Origin: Rhodosorus marinus CCMP1338
Taxonomy: Eukaryota; Plantae; Rhodophyta
NCBI GenBank assembly: GCA_029953675.1
Contig: JAMWBK010000003.1
Coordinates: forward strand, 868,001 to 932,000
Reading direction: 5' to 3'
Length of the DNA stretch: 64,000 bases
Below the pieces are notes generated by a model. That model saw only the letters and a program-made list of their open reading frames with translations. It was not told the origin of the DNA and made no database searches. Position numbers and translations under genes: made by a program. Shown here piece by piece: positions 37,936-50,270 of this stretch. Each line of letters begins with the position of its first letter. Position 1 is the stretch's first letter.

Positions 37936-38882
37936 TCCACAATTGCTGATGAATTTGCGTAGAGAGAAACAAAAAATTGAGACTTGAAACAAGATGGAAT
38001 TCAGCCGTGCAGAGGTCGGACATTCCTACCGAACGGCAACGCTACCCAACGTAGCGCATAGTTCTACATCTTACAGGAGCTCTATGCAGAAACAGTCAGC
38101 GGAAAGTCGGCACCGTCCTTGCGCGCGACGTTCTCGGCTACTAGGGCTGGAACTGGATATCTGCCGTGCCCCTCAGAGAAATCGCGTCGCCCACACCAAT
38201 TCCACTGCTGGCAAGTTTAATCAAATGGAGGCGCACTCGACAACGAGCTCAGCGAGAGGCAATCTCCTACACAAGGGTACACATCCATGTCTTCCAACGC
38301 ATCCTGAAAAACAAAACCTTTCTGGTCAACAACGGGCCCGCTTCATACAGGCCCAACGAGGACGGGCTGCTTAAAGAAGTCTTGGAAGAAAGTAGTCGCA
38401 GTAGTGACACCCCAGAGATCAACCAAGGTAGCGAATATCTATCTATTCATTAACACTCTCAATTCACCGGTGAGATTCCTTCGTTTCCATTGCCTTTTAA
38501 TGGAATAACTCCTCGTCGAGAATTGGTTGGTAACACTTCCCTCAACAAATTGGTCGTCAGCGGGACGGGCGTGGAGATGACCCTCTCCATGTGTAAGAGC
38601 TGTGACACTTCGGGAAATGTATTCCGGACAGAAAGGGAGGGGGTCATTGAGGTAAATCAGAGTTGGTGCGAGCGGAAGAGCCGAGGTGAGGGACCTTCGA
38701 AAGATATTCTGGTCGGGAGTCCGCGGTTATAAGAATTATTGCAAGCCGTTTTTTCGGAAAGGTAATTTTAGGACGAGGTTAGAGGGGAGCCAAGCTGAGG
38801 TTGGTGGTGACGAGAGTCTTTTGACTTTTGTGGGTAGGTTTGCTTCGAAAGTATTTTCGTTTCTTGTAGTTTGAGGGCAAGC

Positions 38883-39705
38883 ATGGGAGGAGATGGGGGT
38901 ACATTGAACAACTCCCGCATGGAGTTGGTACGTGTGAGAAAAGAGATGATGAAGAAAGGGAGTTCCTCAGTAGTGGAGAAGGATGTAAAGGAGAGGGATA
39001 GGTGGATGACGTGTGCAGTTTCAAGGGAGCGTCTGAAGATTCCGGTGGTTGCTTGTAGACTAGGGTATTTGTATAACAAAGAGGCACTTATTAACTTGAT
39101 TTTGGACTCGGCACGGAGGACGAGGATGGCAGAGTTTGCGCACGTTCGTTCCTTGAAAGACATGCTTGAGTGCAAACTTGAGCTTGTGGAAGACGGAAAA
39201 AATGCAGTTTTCAAGTGCCCAATATCTTTGAAAGAGGCAACAGGGGCGATTAAGTTTTCTGTCATGTGGGGTTGTGGACATGTCGTATCTGACCAGGCTT
39301 TGAATCAGCTTAAGAAGGAAGAGAAGAAATGCGTTCTGTGCGAGGAAACGTTTACAGACCTTGTAAAGATACACCCTGATGACAAGGTAAGAATGATTTT
39401 CTCGAGAAACTTGCAGGTTTATGTTGTGACTTACATTCCCTCGCTTGCCAACGTATGTCCAGACGAGAACAGAATTGCGTGAACAGCTTGAGGCTAAACA
39501 AGCTAAGAAAAAGAAGGACCGGAAGAAGAAGCCTGATGAGACTACCAAAGTGGATCAGCCGAAGAAGAAACAAAGGGTCTCTGCGCCGGATGAGAAGACG
39601 CCAAAGATTTACGAATCACTGTTCACGAAAGGACACGATCACAAGCATACTGCTAACGCCAGGGGTTCCTTCACTGGAGTCTCTCTGCGTCCTTCTGGGG
39701 TCTGA
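38883..39705 (+). CDS. RTF2: Replication termination factor 2 (Rtf2 RING-like)
   Basis: MGGDGGT start, RWMTCAVS, CRLGYLYNKEA, FAHVRSLKD, FKCPIS, WGCGHVVS, CVLC, Lys-rich tail and YESLF. One intron. Confidence 0.93.
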
Positions 39706-39898
39706 GTGTTGTATATTCACACAAAAAAAAATACGCTTTGCTACAAACTAAGTACTCATTTTAATATCAAGTGAAAAGTTCCGGTATGAAGAATTCATAC
39801 CGGAATCATAAGTGTTCTATAAGTAAAAAAGGCTTGGCTATAAGCATAAGGAAGTACTTTGCCCCATCCGCTCGGTGCGTCTGTCTTGAATTCGCCTC

Positions 39899-40491
39899 TT
39901 ACCCGGCGAATCTATACTTTGGGGGTGGCAGCGCGCCATGGTCGCACCACTATCCAGTCAACCGGAGCGTCAATGTTAGCAAGTTTCGCACTTTAGAAAG
40001 AACCACCTTTCCATTCTTTTAAAACTTACCTCAATTGGCATTGGGGTATACCGCTGGAAATAAGTCCCGCCGGGTAGGTATGGTACGACCATTGGTTGCC
40101 AATGGCGATTTTCAAATAGTTTCTCCTTCCCAAGCTCAACAAGCATTTGCCCTTGTTCCAGAGACACCTTTTGTCCCATACAACAATTCCGAGTATCCCA
40201 ATCAAGAACGGAAAAGCAAAAACTGGTTAGCATACAATCCCAAGACGTCATCTATCCGTCCAAGTGCTGTCACGGAAAACAAAGAAGAGAACCTCCGACA
40301 CTTACGTTTTTATTCTTCTTAAACTCCCTTTCAATTATACAACACTTCGCTTCCCAATTATGGAAATCCGGATCGTAATCCCTCAGAGTCTTAAAAGTCT
40401 GCCGATACAACCTCATCACCTTCTCCTTATGCGTCAAGCCCTCAGCCCAAGGACCTCGCCTTGCAATAGGCATCGATACCCGAACACCCAT
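39899..40491 (-). CDS. NDUFB9: Complex I LYR subunit NDUFB9 (B22), 3 exons
   Basis: THKEKVMRLYRQTFK..IEREFKKNKN|VSLEQGQMLVELGKEKLFENRHWQPMVVPYLPGGTYFQRYTPMP. Confidence 0.85.
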
Positions 40492-41569
40492 AACGTCGTC
40501 ACCTACCCCCCGCACACCTCCCTCTCCCTCTGACCAAAAAAAAAAAAAGCTCCTCGACTATTAAACAGGTACTCTTCTCCCAACTTCTCTACAGAGAATT
40601 TAAAAACAAACAAGAACCAGAACGAGGTCAACCCCTTCCCCCCCTTACCCAACCCAGCCTCTACCTCTACCCTCCCTCCCCACATCTCCCTCTCTCTCTC
40701 TCTCTCTCTCTGTCCCTCCCTCCTACTCAAATACCCGTTTTTACAGCAAATCATCAAACTGAACAAAAAAGAGCTCTCATCTTCAGGATTTCTTCGGCTC
40801 TCATAAAATAATGATAAAAGGACAAAACGGGAATCCGATCGGATCGATGCAAAAACTCGTATTCAATCAATTCATCAAATAGATCAAAAGGATTGAATAT
40901 TCAATCAATTAAAGCTTTGGCAAAAAAGGGGGTTTTGGTGTTGGTTTTCTTGAAGGGAGCGGACTTTTTTGAGGTTGCGGAGAGCCTTCGGCCGGGAGGA
41001 GCTTGATGATAGAGAGAGAGAGCTGCTAGGATCCACGCGTAGAAATAAGAACACGTTCCGGACGGGATACCACTGCCTAAAAGCCCCAGGACTGATCAAC
41101 AAGGTCTCCAGACGCCGTTAAGAGGGAAGGATGAGAAGGTGGTACTCATGGCTAATTGATTGAACTGTCTTCCGGGGAAAGCCAACGTGGTCCCCCGGAC
41201 GTACTTTCCAGGCAGCATATGGATACCGAGACGAGGGTGACCCTGGTCTCAACTGAGATGTTGACGGATCTTGCGGCAACTGGAACCGACCACACAGCTT
41301 GCATTCTTGGCGGTTCTGTTCGGAGAGGCGATTGAACATTCATGTAAAATGCCTCGCGTTCCCCTTTGTACGAAACCTTGCATGCGAAGCGGACGTACGA
41401 ACAAGATTTCACCTGGACACCCTTTTAGGTTGGACTCAATACGCCGCATCCTAAATCATTCTATCACCAGATCGCCGTCCCCTGCCATTTGGGTGTACTG
41501 GCGAGTTAGCCTTCGGTAAGTACACGCGAAGACTTCATTCCTGCCTCTGCTCATGGCTTTCTTCGCTTC

Positions 41570-41999
41570 ATGGTTGTCACCACAAGAATGCAAAAGGTGG
41601 ACTAGTATATGTGTTTTGATTTTCGTCGACTTTTGTAGAGCCGTTGCTAAAGGTGTTCGTTCTTGTGGCGATAGAGGTGTTTCGTTTTTTTTTGGATTCA
41701 ATGAGAAGATCCATACATGAGTTGATACAGTTGGAAGATTTCTCCAGGGACTGGACGTTGTGCTCTCTTGTATGCCTGGACTTCACGTCCTTGATCTTTG
41801 TCTTGCTGTCTATGTTTCGTGTTTGCAACTGCAGTATGTGCTGGCTTGAGCTTACTTCGGGGTCTACACGATCGGGTTTTGATGTTGGCGTTGTCCTTCG
41901 GACACCTTCCAGACGCGCTCTAATGGTTTCCCAGTCGAGTTGTTCTTTGGAGATGTTTTTCAGACCTTCGATGGTTGCATCGAAAACGCTTTCATCCAC
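41570..41999 (-). mobile_element. Degenerate Ty1/copia gag fragment (C-terminal part, eroded zinc knuckle)
   Basis: DESVFDATIEGLKNISKEQLDWETIRARLEG, then a frameshifted FC..CGDNHEAKK relic at ~41570-41600; inverted copy of 42315-42445. Confidence 0.5.
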
Positions 42000-42015
42000 C
42001 GCGATGGATGATGAT

Positions 42016-42445
42016 TAAGACAAAAGAGTTCAAGCAGCATCCTTAATCAAACTCAACCTCGGAGCTGAAGCAATGCTGATCGCCGAACAGACATCTGACC
42101 GGAAGGAACTAATGGACAAACTGGAGAAAAAAAACCTACGTCACCAAAACCATCGCGGCCCAGATCGAAAGACAAGTCGACCTTCTGACGCGCAAATTAA
42201 AACCCGACGAAACAACACTCGGGCTCCTGACGTGGCTTGAAGAATACTACTCGAAGGTATTCAAACTCGATGCAAGGCCACGCATTGTTTGGGCCACAGC
42301 TGTCTGATCCTGAAGGATGAAAGCGTTTTCGATGCAACCATCGAAGGTCTGAAAAACAGCTCCAAAGAACAACTCGATTGGGAAACTATTAGAGCACGTC
42401 TGGGAGGGGGGTGTCCGAAAAATAACGCCAACATCAAAACCCGAT
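42016..42445 (+). mobile_element. Degenerate Ty1/copia gag fragment (UBN2/Retrotran_gag_2-like)
   Basis: DKRVQAASLIKLNLGAEAMLIAEQTSDRKELMDKLEKK(frameshift)YVTKTIAAQIERQVDLLTRKLKPDETTLGLLTWLEEYYSKV matches the copia gag helical pattern; contains a frameshift and stops. Confidence 0.55.
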
Positions 42446-43557
42446 TCCTCCTTCCATAAAGAATTCTGATCATACGAGTGGCTACACAACCAGAATACGA
42501 CCTGCCGAAAACAGAAATTCTGACAGAGCCCCGCCCCTACGACTCGAGCAAGAAAGACTAAGCCCTTCCAACTTGATACTTTTTCCAGAAACGAACAATT
42601 CCAACCAGCCATTCACACTAAGAAGAAGCTCAGCAACAACATAAATACGTCGAACTATCTTACACACATACACACCTCTTCGATTGAACTCACGTCAGCA
42701 TTGCTGTTTAGCGGGCAGGGGGAAGTGGGGAGGAGTTGCACTGGGTGGCAGTGAACCAAACTATCGAATCCACAGCCTTACCTCCACAACCTCCAGAGAC
42801 AGAGAAAAAAAAAAAAAGGGAGAAAAAAAAAAATTCCCCACAAACGCTGATTGAGTTTCTCGCTTCTCAGGGTAGAGTTAGGCTCTTGAGCATACGGGGC
42901 AGATGATTGAGCTAATGCACAGAAAACAAGATCCATTCCTTTCCGATAAAGAAACAGAAAAGGACAATAGACAAAAAGCCATACGTAACCCGGGCTGTTT
43001 TCCCAAGTAACGGGCTCCTCTTACACTCAATGCTTCTCAAACAGGACCAACCTCTTTCTCAACAGCGATGCACACCACATTCCCCAAACTGTTCATATTT
43101 CGCCAACATTTCTCTGTTGGAAATGGCCGTGTGAGCTGAAGGGCATAATCAAACATAGATACGTCGAACAAGATATATCTCAAGACTTAACTTTTTTATC
43201 AAAATACACCGGGGGTTATGAAAACATAAAATCTAGATTCAATGAAAGAAAACCAAAATAGTTTTCTGATTATAGCAAATGAACCTGAATTCGATTTTTT
43301 TCTAGGGGGGAGGGTGTTTCGTATAGTAAGAAGAGTTAACTTTTTTTGATGGTAAGGAATTTGGTAAGTATTCTGGCGGGCATATTGGGGGATTGGTATT
43401 TGAGGAGTGGGCTGGGGTGTTGGGGGGGAGGGGATGGGATTTGGGATAGTTGGGAACGTGTGTGGGTCTGAAAGTGCGGGTGGGCTCGAGGCTTTCTGGA
43501 TTAGGCTTGTGTAGCTTTCAGGGGGTTTTTTTTTTTATCTAGGGGCGTTTGATAGCG

Positions 43558-44115
43558 ATGGCGGAAGTTGAGCAACAGTCGAAGAAACCGCGTATCGATG
43601 AGCAGAACGGAGAGGACTCGAAGACTGCCGAGAAGGTGACCCCGATACCGGAAAATCATGAAGGGTTCCTACCGTACCTCTCGGTGAAGGATGCAGATGC
43701 AAGCTTGGAACTCTACAAGAAGGCGTTCGATGCTGATGTTGGGATTACCCTGAAAATGCCAGACGGCACGATTGCGCATGCATCGTTGCAAGTGGGTCGG
43801 ACCCAGATTATGCTGTGTCAAGAAAATGATATGTTCCCCATGAAAAGCGCGAAGTCAATTGGAGGATGCCCAATGAATCTGACTAGGTATGTGGAAGACG
43901 TGGACAGCGCGTTTCAGCAAGCTGTGGATGCAGGCATGGAGGTCAAGGAGAAGCTCAAGACGCATTTTTACGGGGACCGAATGGGCACGCTGGTTGATCC
44001 CGATGGTTACGAGTGGACCCTCGGCTCACGTTTAGAGATCGTCTCCGAAGAAGTTATGCAGGCACGCATGGATGAACAAATGGCAGAAGCTGCACCTCCT
44101 CCAAAAGCTGAATGA
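43558..44115 (+). CDS. VOC/glyoxalase-bleomycin-resistance family protein (PhnB-like bacterial subtype), intronless
   Basis: TPIPE..PYLSVKDADASLELYKKAFDA..MPDGTIAHASLQVG..IML..YVEDVDSAFQQAVDAG..FYGDRMGTLVDPDGYEWTL. Confidence 0.92.
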   Translation: MAEVEQQSKKPRIDEQNGEDSKTAEKVTPIPENHEGFLPYLSVKDADASLELYKKAFDADVGITLKMPDGTIAHASLQVGRTQIMLCQENDMFPMKSAKSIGGCPMNLTRYVEDVDSAFQQAVDAGMEVKEKLKTHFYGDRMGTLVDPDGYEWTLGSRLEIVSEEVMQARMDEQMAEAAPPPKAE

Positions 44116-44688
44116 GCAGTGCTCCGCATGCCCGCCACCATCGATCCTAGTGAGAACCCTCTTTCCCCGCAGAGAGTTGATCACTAAATTTTCCAAAACT
44201 GAACCGCTTCCACCCTGTCGAGCACGGGTACATAGACGAAACCCGGTCCCGACATTATGAACTTTGGGCCATATTCCCCCACAGCCCATCCGTCCGCACC
44301 AGACGTCTCTGTAAATTCCTCCCAAGCCCTACTCAACACATCAGCAACTGACCCGCTGCCGTCGCTTTTGAAGCGACTCCTTTCTTGACATCGATCACTT
44401 AGATTTTCTTCGTATGTGAGGAGTAAGAAGCCCGCTTTCGGCGGGTCGTTCTCTTCATCAAAAATTTGAACAAGGTAATAATAAGGTGTATAAGTTAAAA
44501 AGCAAACATACTATATGAGCCCGTCCAGCTCTTCCCTAAGGCTCTTCATAATGCAGCCACGGAATGGGCAAGATTAGCTGCATTGGCTCCGTGGCGATGG
44601 ACAGACGTGGTCCAGGCTCAAATTTCCACGGCGAAGAGCCGGCCTGGACTTCTCCCTCCACGTTTAAAATTTTCATTGCTCGGATGAT

Positions 44689-45840
44689 CTAGACAAGCTG
44701 ATCAACGGTTTGGATCTCAACCCCCGCGCTACGCATTCGAGCTTTGGCTCTGCGGGTAGTATCCGGAGCAATCCCTCTCTGTATGCAGAGTTAAAAATAC
44801 AATTCAGCACGACGGAGTACGATGACTACGATGGTAGTCACAATGCGAAAAGTTTCCATGTTGCAAGTACTAACTGTGAGATCCTCTAGTAGCACGACTG
44901 AAAACCCTTGATCAGCGCCGTCGATCGCCGTTTCACAAACACAGTAGTCCGTCGCGAGTCCTAGATTTGCCATGGCTGGTATGTTAACATTGATAACTCG
45001 TTTACAAGAAGTTGGTCAGGCTGAGCAATCAACGTACCACATACGTAGAGCTTAGAAATGCCCCTGCTTCTAAGCTCCTCTGCGAAAGTTGTGAACTTTC
45101 CCATTTCAGAATTCCCAAAGGCCGAGTACTCCTCCCAATCCTTCGAGGTGCCCTTGCTATAAATGAAATCACTGTGAAGTGGCCCACGATGAGCAGTGAT
45201 GAACTAGCTTACTTGTGACTGGGTGCTCTAGGGTTCGTGACGTTGATTACCTGTCCCTGACGTCCAGGTCTTCGTGAAAGCTTGCCCCGACAGTTCCCTC
45301 TTCGCAGTGAGCTGGCCACAGCGTCTGCGGCAAGCCATTCACCTACATTGAAGGTCACATCTAATTAGACGCATCACACAGACCAGATTGCGCTGTGTGG
45401 TTTTGTACCAGTTTCTTGCTGAACTCTGGCTGATTTGGGTGGTTTCTTGCGAAAGAAACGTGGTCCTGGGGATGCCAATCCTATTGCGTAGAAAGCACGT
45501 TGAAAGGCATAAACACGCATGACCCTCAAAACGAAATTCGAGCTGATGGAGGAAGTAAAATATTACTCTTGTAAAGATCACATGGCTGAACTCTGAGGAG
45601 TCTCTTATAGCATTGATTCCTTCGACTACTTCGTGACCGTCCTTCACAGCCTGTCACGGCCGCAATTCAAAAGGACGGTGCCCAAGCAAAAAAACAGAAA
45701 GTGCGCCAGCTCGTGAGAAAAACGAGAATCACATAGACCAAACACAAACCAAACAAAAGGGGAAAGATGCTCTAGTTTACCAAATTTCCGCCCGGGCAAA
45801 AGTCATTCTGTACATCAACTACCACCAGCGCAGAAGACAT
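44689..45840 (-). CDS. pncA: Nicotinamidase/pyrazinamidase (isochorismatase family), ~6 exons; not captured by the ORF track
   Basis: MSSALVVVDVQNDFCPGGNL|AVKDG..|DWHPQDHVSF..LWPAHCEEGTVGASFH..YSKGTSKDWEEYSAF..LYVC|GLATDYCVCETAIDG..|RGI; Asp-Lys-Cys triad present. Confidence 0.93.
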
Positions 45841-47870
45841 CTCCAAACCCTCAGCGACTACTCTCTCCTCCAACCGGCACTCCAACAAAAGAAAAACAAC
45901 CTCAGCTTCTTCCTTCTACGCTCAATCTTCCTCCAGACATCAATCATATAGACTAACAGACATCGTTCCAGAAAACACTAAACCTGTCATATACCATCGC
46001 AGCACATGTATTCACAAGTTGCACCATCTTTCAAACGACGCAAAACTGATCAATGCTCCAACCAAAATGTCATGGTGGGCACGTTTGTGAATTTCCATAC
46101 AATTTTCAAGATATCCACCCGCCATCCCCACCGACACTGTCAACGGTAAGCCACAATCAGTTTTCTAAAAAGACTGAATATCAGTCAAAATTGTTTTTTG
46201 ACGTGTTTTATGTTATTAGGATAGAAATAGATTGGATTGTCAAAAATAAGATTTTTTTTGGCCATCAACGTCAGCGAGAAAGAACGTTCATATTCATGAT
46301 TGGATTATTAAAAATGTATTCTTCCAATCATTGTATTGTTCGTGTCAATGGTAGTTTTGGAAAGGTATGATTGGTTTCTTGTGCAAGTTTGGTTTTAGGT
46401 AGATACGAAAGGGTTTGAAAATTGGAATTTTTGATTGGTTTTGACAGCTTAGGTGCTGAATTTTTTATTTTCTTTCGGGGGTGGGGGTGGGGGAGTCGGG
46501 AGATTGGTAGTTGTTTTTTCGTCCTTTTTTCTGGGGTATTCTTGCGGATTTTTTTGGCGAATAGAAATCCAGGAGATGGCCTCCGCTCGGTAATGGGAAT
46601 AAATTTAATCAAGATGATATATTTCATTGAACCAGAAAGTACTCCGTCCACGAATCATATTGAAGAACATCTATGAAAGGGTAATGAAATTATGTCGTTC
46701 TCATTTTCACTGGAAGAAGGAACGGAAATGGAACCTTCCCAAAGGGCGATTTTGATCTGTGCTTTTTTTATTCTCTTTTTTTCGGGGAGGAGGGGAGGAG
46801 GGGAGGAGAGCGGGGGAGCGAAAGAAAGAAAAAAGGTGGGTCCACATTCGCCAGCGGACGGGAACCTTTTTTTGCCCCCGTCCTCGTCCGCCAAGAAAAA
46901 AAAAAACAGAAGAAAACCCTAACGACATCTCGCCAAAAAAAAAGGAGTTTTTCCTGCCGGGTACTTGAAACAATAAAAAACAACTACATCGATTGAAACT
47001 ATGTCACTCACCCCCCTCCTCCCATTTTTGCATTTCAAAACTCATCTACAATATTTCTTCAAAATTTCACTTTCATCACTTTCGGCTTAAATAAAATTGC
47101 TACCCTGTCAGTTTCTTGTTTGCCTTCAGCTTCTTCCCCGCCCTCCCCTCTCCACTCCTTCCCCCTTCCAATCAAGGAAACATCTCCAGTGCCCTTCTAC
47201 GGCCATACCATTTTTGACTGATTTTGTTCCCTTCGCGACCAAAACGTCACAAAATTGATGGTTCAATCAAAACATATTGCATATTTAGTAGAAGTTTTTT
47301 CGAAGCCATTTTCTGCTAACTGGTTTAGTCTGAGCTTCATAGAGATTGCCAAGCCATAGGGGGGTATATTTACCGACGTCTTTTTCGATGCCGACTATGA
47401 AGATGGAACTTTCATAAGGCCGGTAACCAGAATATTGAATATGAATAATCAAATACTTAAAAATTTATACCCTACTATTAATTTTGAAGTTCTGAACCAC
47501 CGTGCTTCGGGCGGGGAATACGGAAATTTAGAAAGGGGGGGTATGAATATGTACTATGAATTAGAGCCAGTTCGGTGGGTGGCAAAGCTTTAGAGTAGAA
47601 ATTTTGATTTATATAGGATGTCTCCAAGCAGCCGGGGAAAGGGAAGGTTGGGGTTGGTTCTGGAGTGTGTTCGTGTGTGTGTGGTGAGGGGGGGGGGATG
47701 GTTAGGAGTTTGAGGATAGAAGAGGTAGGAGGACACTGGGCGACTGTGATTGAGTTTATGTGAGAGCGATTTGTTTAGGTTTAGCGTGTTTTCCTTTGTT
47801 TGCTTTGCTGTCGATTTTCAGAGGGCATTTGAGGGGTGGGTGTGTGTGTGTTTTTTGTAAGGGGGAAAAG

Positions 47871-49082
47871 ATGGAGGGAAGAAGTTTGCGTTGTGGGTTT
47901 GTTGGATCGGGTCGGATCGTGCTGCCGTCTAAGAGCGTGAAGAATTCGGCAGTATGCGGGAGGCCGCTGGTATCTAGCAGGGTGATGGTGCTGAAGGCCG
48001 GTATCCCCGTAGTCTCGATGACCGTCGGCGAAGGGGGATGGTTCAACAAGGCACGATTCACCGCCCTTGCTGTGCTCGCTGGGGTGGGTATGATGTTTTC
48101 TCCAAAGGCCGCGGTAAGTTTTGAGATTTTCAGGAATCGAAGCGTCATATGCTGGCCGGAAAATACGGTCGTGGCTGTTTAGTCGAACGGAGTATTCCCT
48201 TGTTTCGAAGTTAGCCGGTTAGGATTATGATACTGAAGGGTTGGCTCGAATTCTGTTCCCCTGTTTTTAGAACGCTGGAACGGATTATGTTGAAAGCGCG
48301 ACAGCGGAGGAGAAGAGTACGGATGTTACCTCGCTCGTCCTTGTCGGCGGCGCGGTGCTTGGAGGACTCGCCCTGAAGAAGAAGCTCGACGGAAGAAGAG
48401 AGAGTCGAGATCTTGAGATGCGCACAAAGGTAAGTCCAGCGGCAAGTACGAAAGCCTACCCAGCATCTAAAAACTTCCGCTTTTTTCGAACTGAGAATAG
48501 GAGCAGCAAGAGCTCATTCAGGAGGGCCGTGCCCCGTCCCTTGACTTGAGAGATATAGAGAGAAGAGAAAAGGCTGAGCGCGAAATGGAGACTCTGGATG
48601 CGGACAAGGATGCCGCAAACGACGAGGACCTAATGAGTGACCTGAGAAAACGAATGGAAAAGATAAAGGGAAGTCAAGATGAAGACGATAGTTCCGACGA
48701 CCCGAACAATAGGCCTGGAGTTGATGGTAGGGTTGCCTTCTGCAGTGGTTTTTAGCTCGTAATCCCATGGATTCCTGAACCAACGTTTATCCTGTTTCCG
48801 GCAGGCCGTCGTGATCATTCGTCCCGGGGAAACACCGGGTCTGCAACCCTCGAACCTCCGACCGACAATCAGCCAAGAAAGAGAAGACCAATTCGGAGGC
48901 CAAAACCGGGTTCGAACGACCCGCGACGCCCGCCCCAGAGCAGAAAGGCCGATCAGGACCAGGAGAAGGGCGGAACCGTACCGCGGAACGAGCAGGGCGG
49001 TGATGAGAGTGTTTCGAAAGAGAACCTGGATATGCTGAAGCGAATGTGGGATCTCTCCGGCGATGGTGAAGTAACGAAGTAA
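47871..49082 (+). CDS. Uncharacterised plastid (thylakoid-type) single-TM protein, paralogue B, 4 exons
   Basis: Transit peptide MEGRSLRCGFVGSG.., signal FTALAVLAGVGMMFSPKAA, TM SLVLVGGAVLGGLAL, ANDEDLMSDLRKRMEK and C-terminal VSKENLDMLKRMW. Confidence 0.72.
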
Positions 49083-49549
49083 CTTTGAAGCGTTGATGCT
49101 TGATGTAACAAATTCCTAGAATTGTCACTCGCCGAGGAGAAGTACTCGGTAGCCACTCTCGAGGTGGGGAGCAATTGCCTGTCATTTCAGAATGGAAATC
49201 CTGCTGCTCTTTCTTTTTCTTTTGTGGGATGAAAATGAGGCGCACAATTGTCTACGTATTTAAGTAAAACATGACTACCCCATTACGTAACGTCGAAGTA
49301 TTTTTAATCACTCTGATGATCGCAGGCACTGCGGAGCGTCCATGCCAGTTGTCCTTTTTCACAGCATGGCGCTGCTTGGAGAACTAGAGCAGATTATTTG
49401 ACGTGGGGAAAGTACCATACGGTTCCCTCCTCAGTCAACATGAATTAGTACAGCGTGCGTTCTACCTTGCCAAATCTCGGACTAGGAAGGGAGGCGACCT
49501 GACTATGTTGATCTACCGTCGAGCCCAAATATCCGTGAACGCCTTCATC

Positions 49550-50270
49550 AACTCAGGCCGACGCGAAACGGTTCTCAAGCCAGGTGGAATACCATTCTAC
49601 AACATCTTTGCAGATCGGGTGCACCATGAAGCAATACAAGTGATATTACAATCCAATTCATCTATGTACCAACATTTTCATAGAGTTAAAATACAAAAAA
49701 TGGCGAGGTTGGTCATCCAAGGATGTGCGGATCGAGAGAAGGAGTCCATACTGACTCAATCGCCAACCGCGAAGGCCATGAGCGTGAGCGTGCTCGTAAT
49801 CCTCCGAAAGCGGACATGCAATGAGAACAAGAGATGTTAAGCGGGCATTCCTGTAGTCCGACAAGAGGACACTGACGCGATACGTATACCTGAAATTACC
49901 AGACAGCGGAATGAGTTACAGAGTGCTCGGGTCCATCTACGATCTGAGGTACTATTGACTCCAGTCGATGCGCACACCACCGTATGACCAGCCCGCCTTG
50001 TGGACGGATTCTTTTTGGTCGTCTCGACGTCCTTGTTGGCCAGAAAACAAAAGTCCGCCGATTGTGTTTGCCTCCATTGGAATATCCTGTGAGAAGAACC
50101 TTTTTCCAATGTCCCCACGTCAATAAGTTTCTTAAATCCTCCTGCTCCTTAGCCGTCTCAAACCGGCTGTCCCAATCATGGAGACGCTCCTCAAACTTCA
50201 TAGAAATCGGCTTCTGCGCAGAATTCAACCTGTCCCGAAATCCATTTCAGCGGGACGATTTGTCCCATTC
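49550..50270 (-). CDS. Hypothetical protein (multi-exon, boundaries uncertain)
   Basis: Candidate exons FEERLHDWDSRFETAKEQEDLRNLLTWGHWKK, YEHAHAHGLRGWRLSQYGLLL..FNSMK and FMVHPICKDVVEWYSTWLENRFASA-stop. Confidence 0.4.

Noticed and set aside
37994-38760. Short ORFs on both strands between paralogue A and RTF2
   Set aside because: A possible minus-strand spliced fragment (FFQDFFKQPVLVGP|DALEDMDV..) exists, but no start, family or strand could be established.
40680-40715. (CT)n microsatellite and similar (GA)n/(GT)n runs at 230, 25660 and 57590
   Set aside because: Ordinary simple repeats in promoter flanks.
41100-41460. Possible copia protease/integrase remains downstream of the gag relic
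   Set aside because: No convincing DSGA or integrase motif in any frame.
42716-42740. Purine tract GGGCAGGGGGAAGTGGGGAGGAG as a retroelement polypurine tract
   Set aside because: No paired LTR found, and G-rich tracts are common in all spacers here.
44428-44445. CCCGC-TTTCG-GCGGG hairpin after the VOC gene resembling a bacterial terminator
   Set aside because: Only a 5-bp stem, no U-tract, 300 nt from the stop codon, and in a eukaryotic context.
46050-47000. Cluster of 70-107 aa ORFs on both strands and a 7-bp GCGGACG/CGTCCGC stem
   Set aside because: The ORFs are translations of homopolymer-rich spacer DNA (F/K/G/P-biased); the stem is too short to support an ncRNA call.
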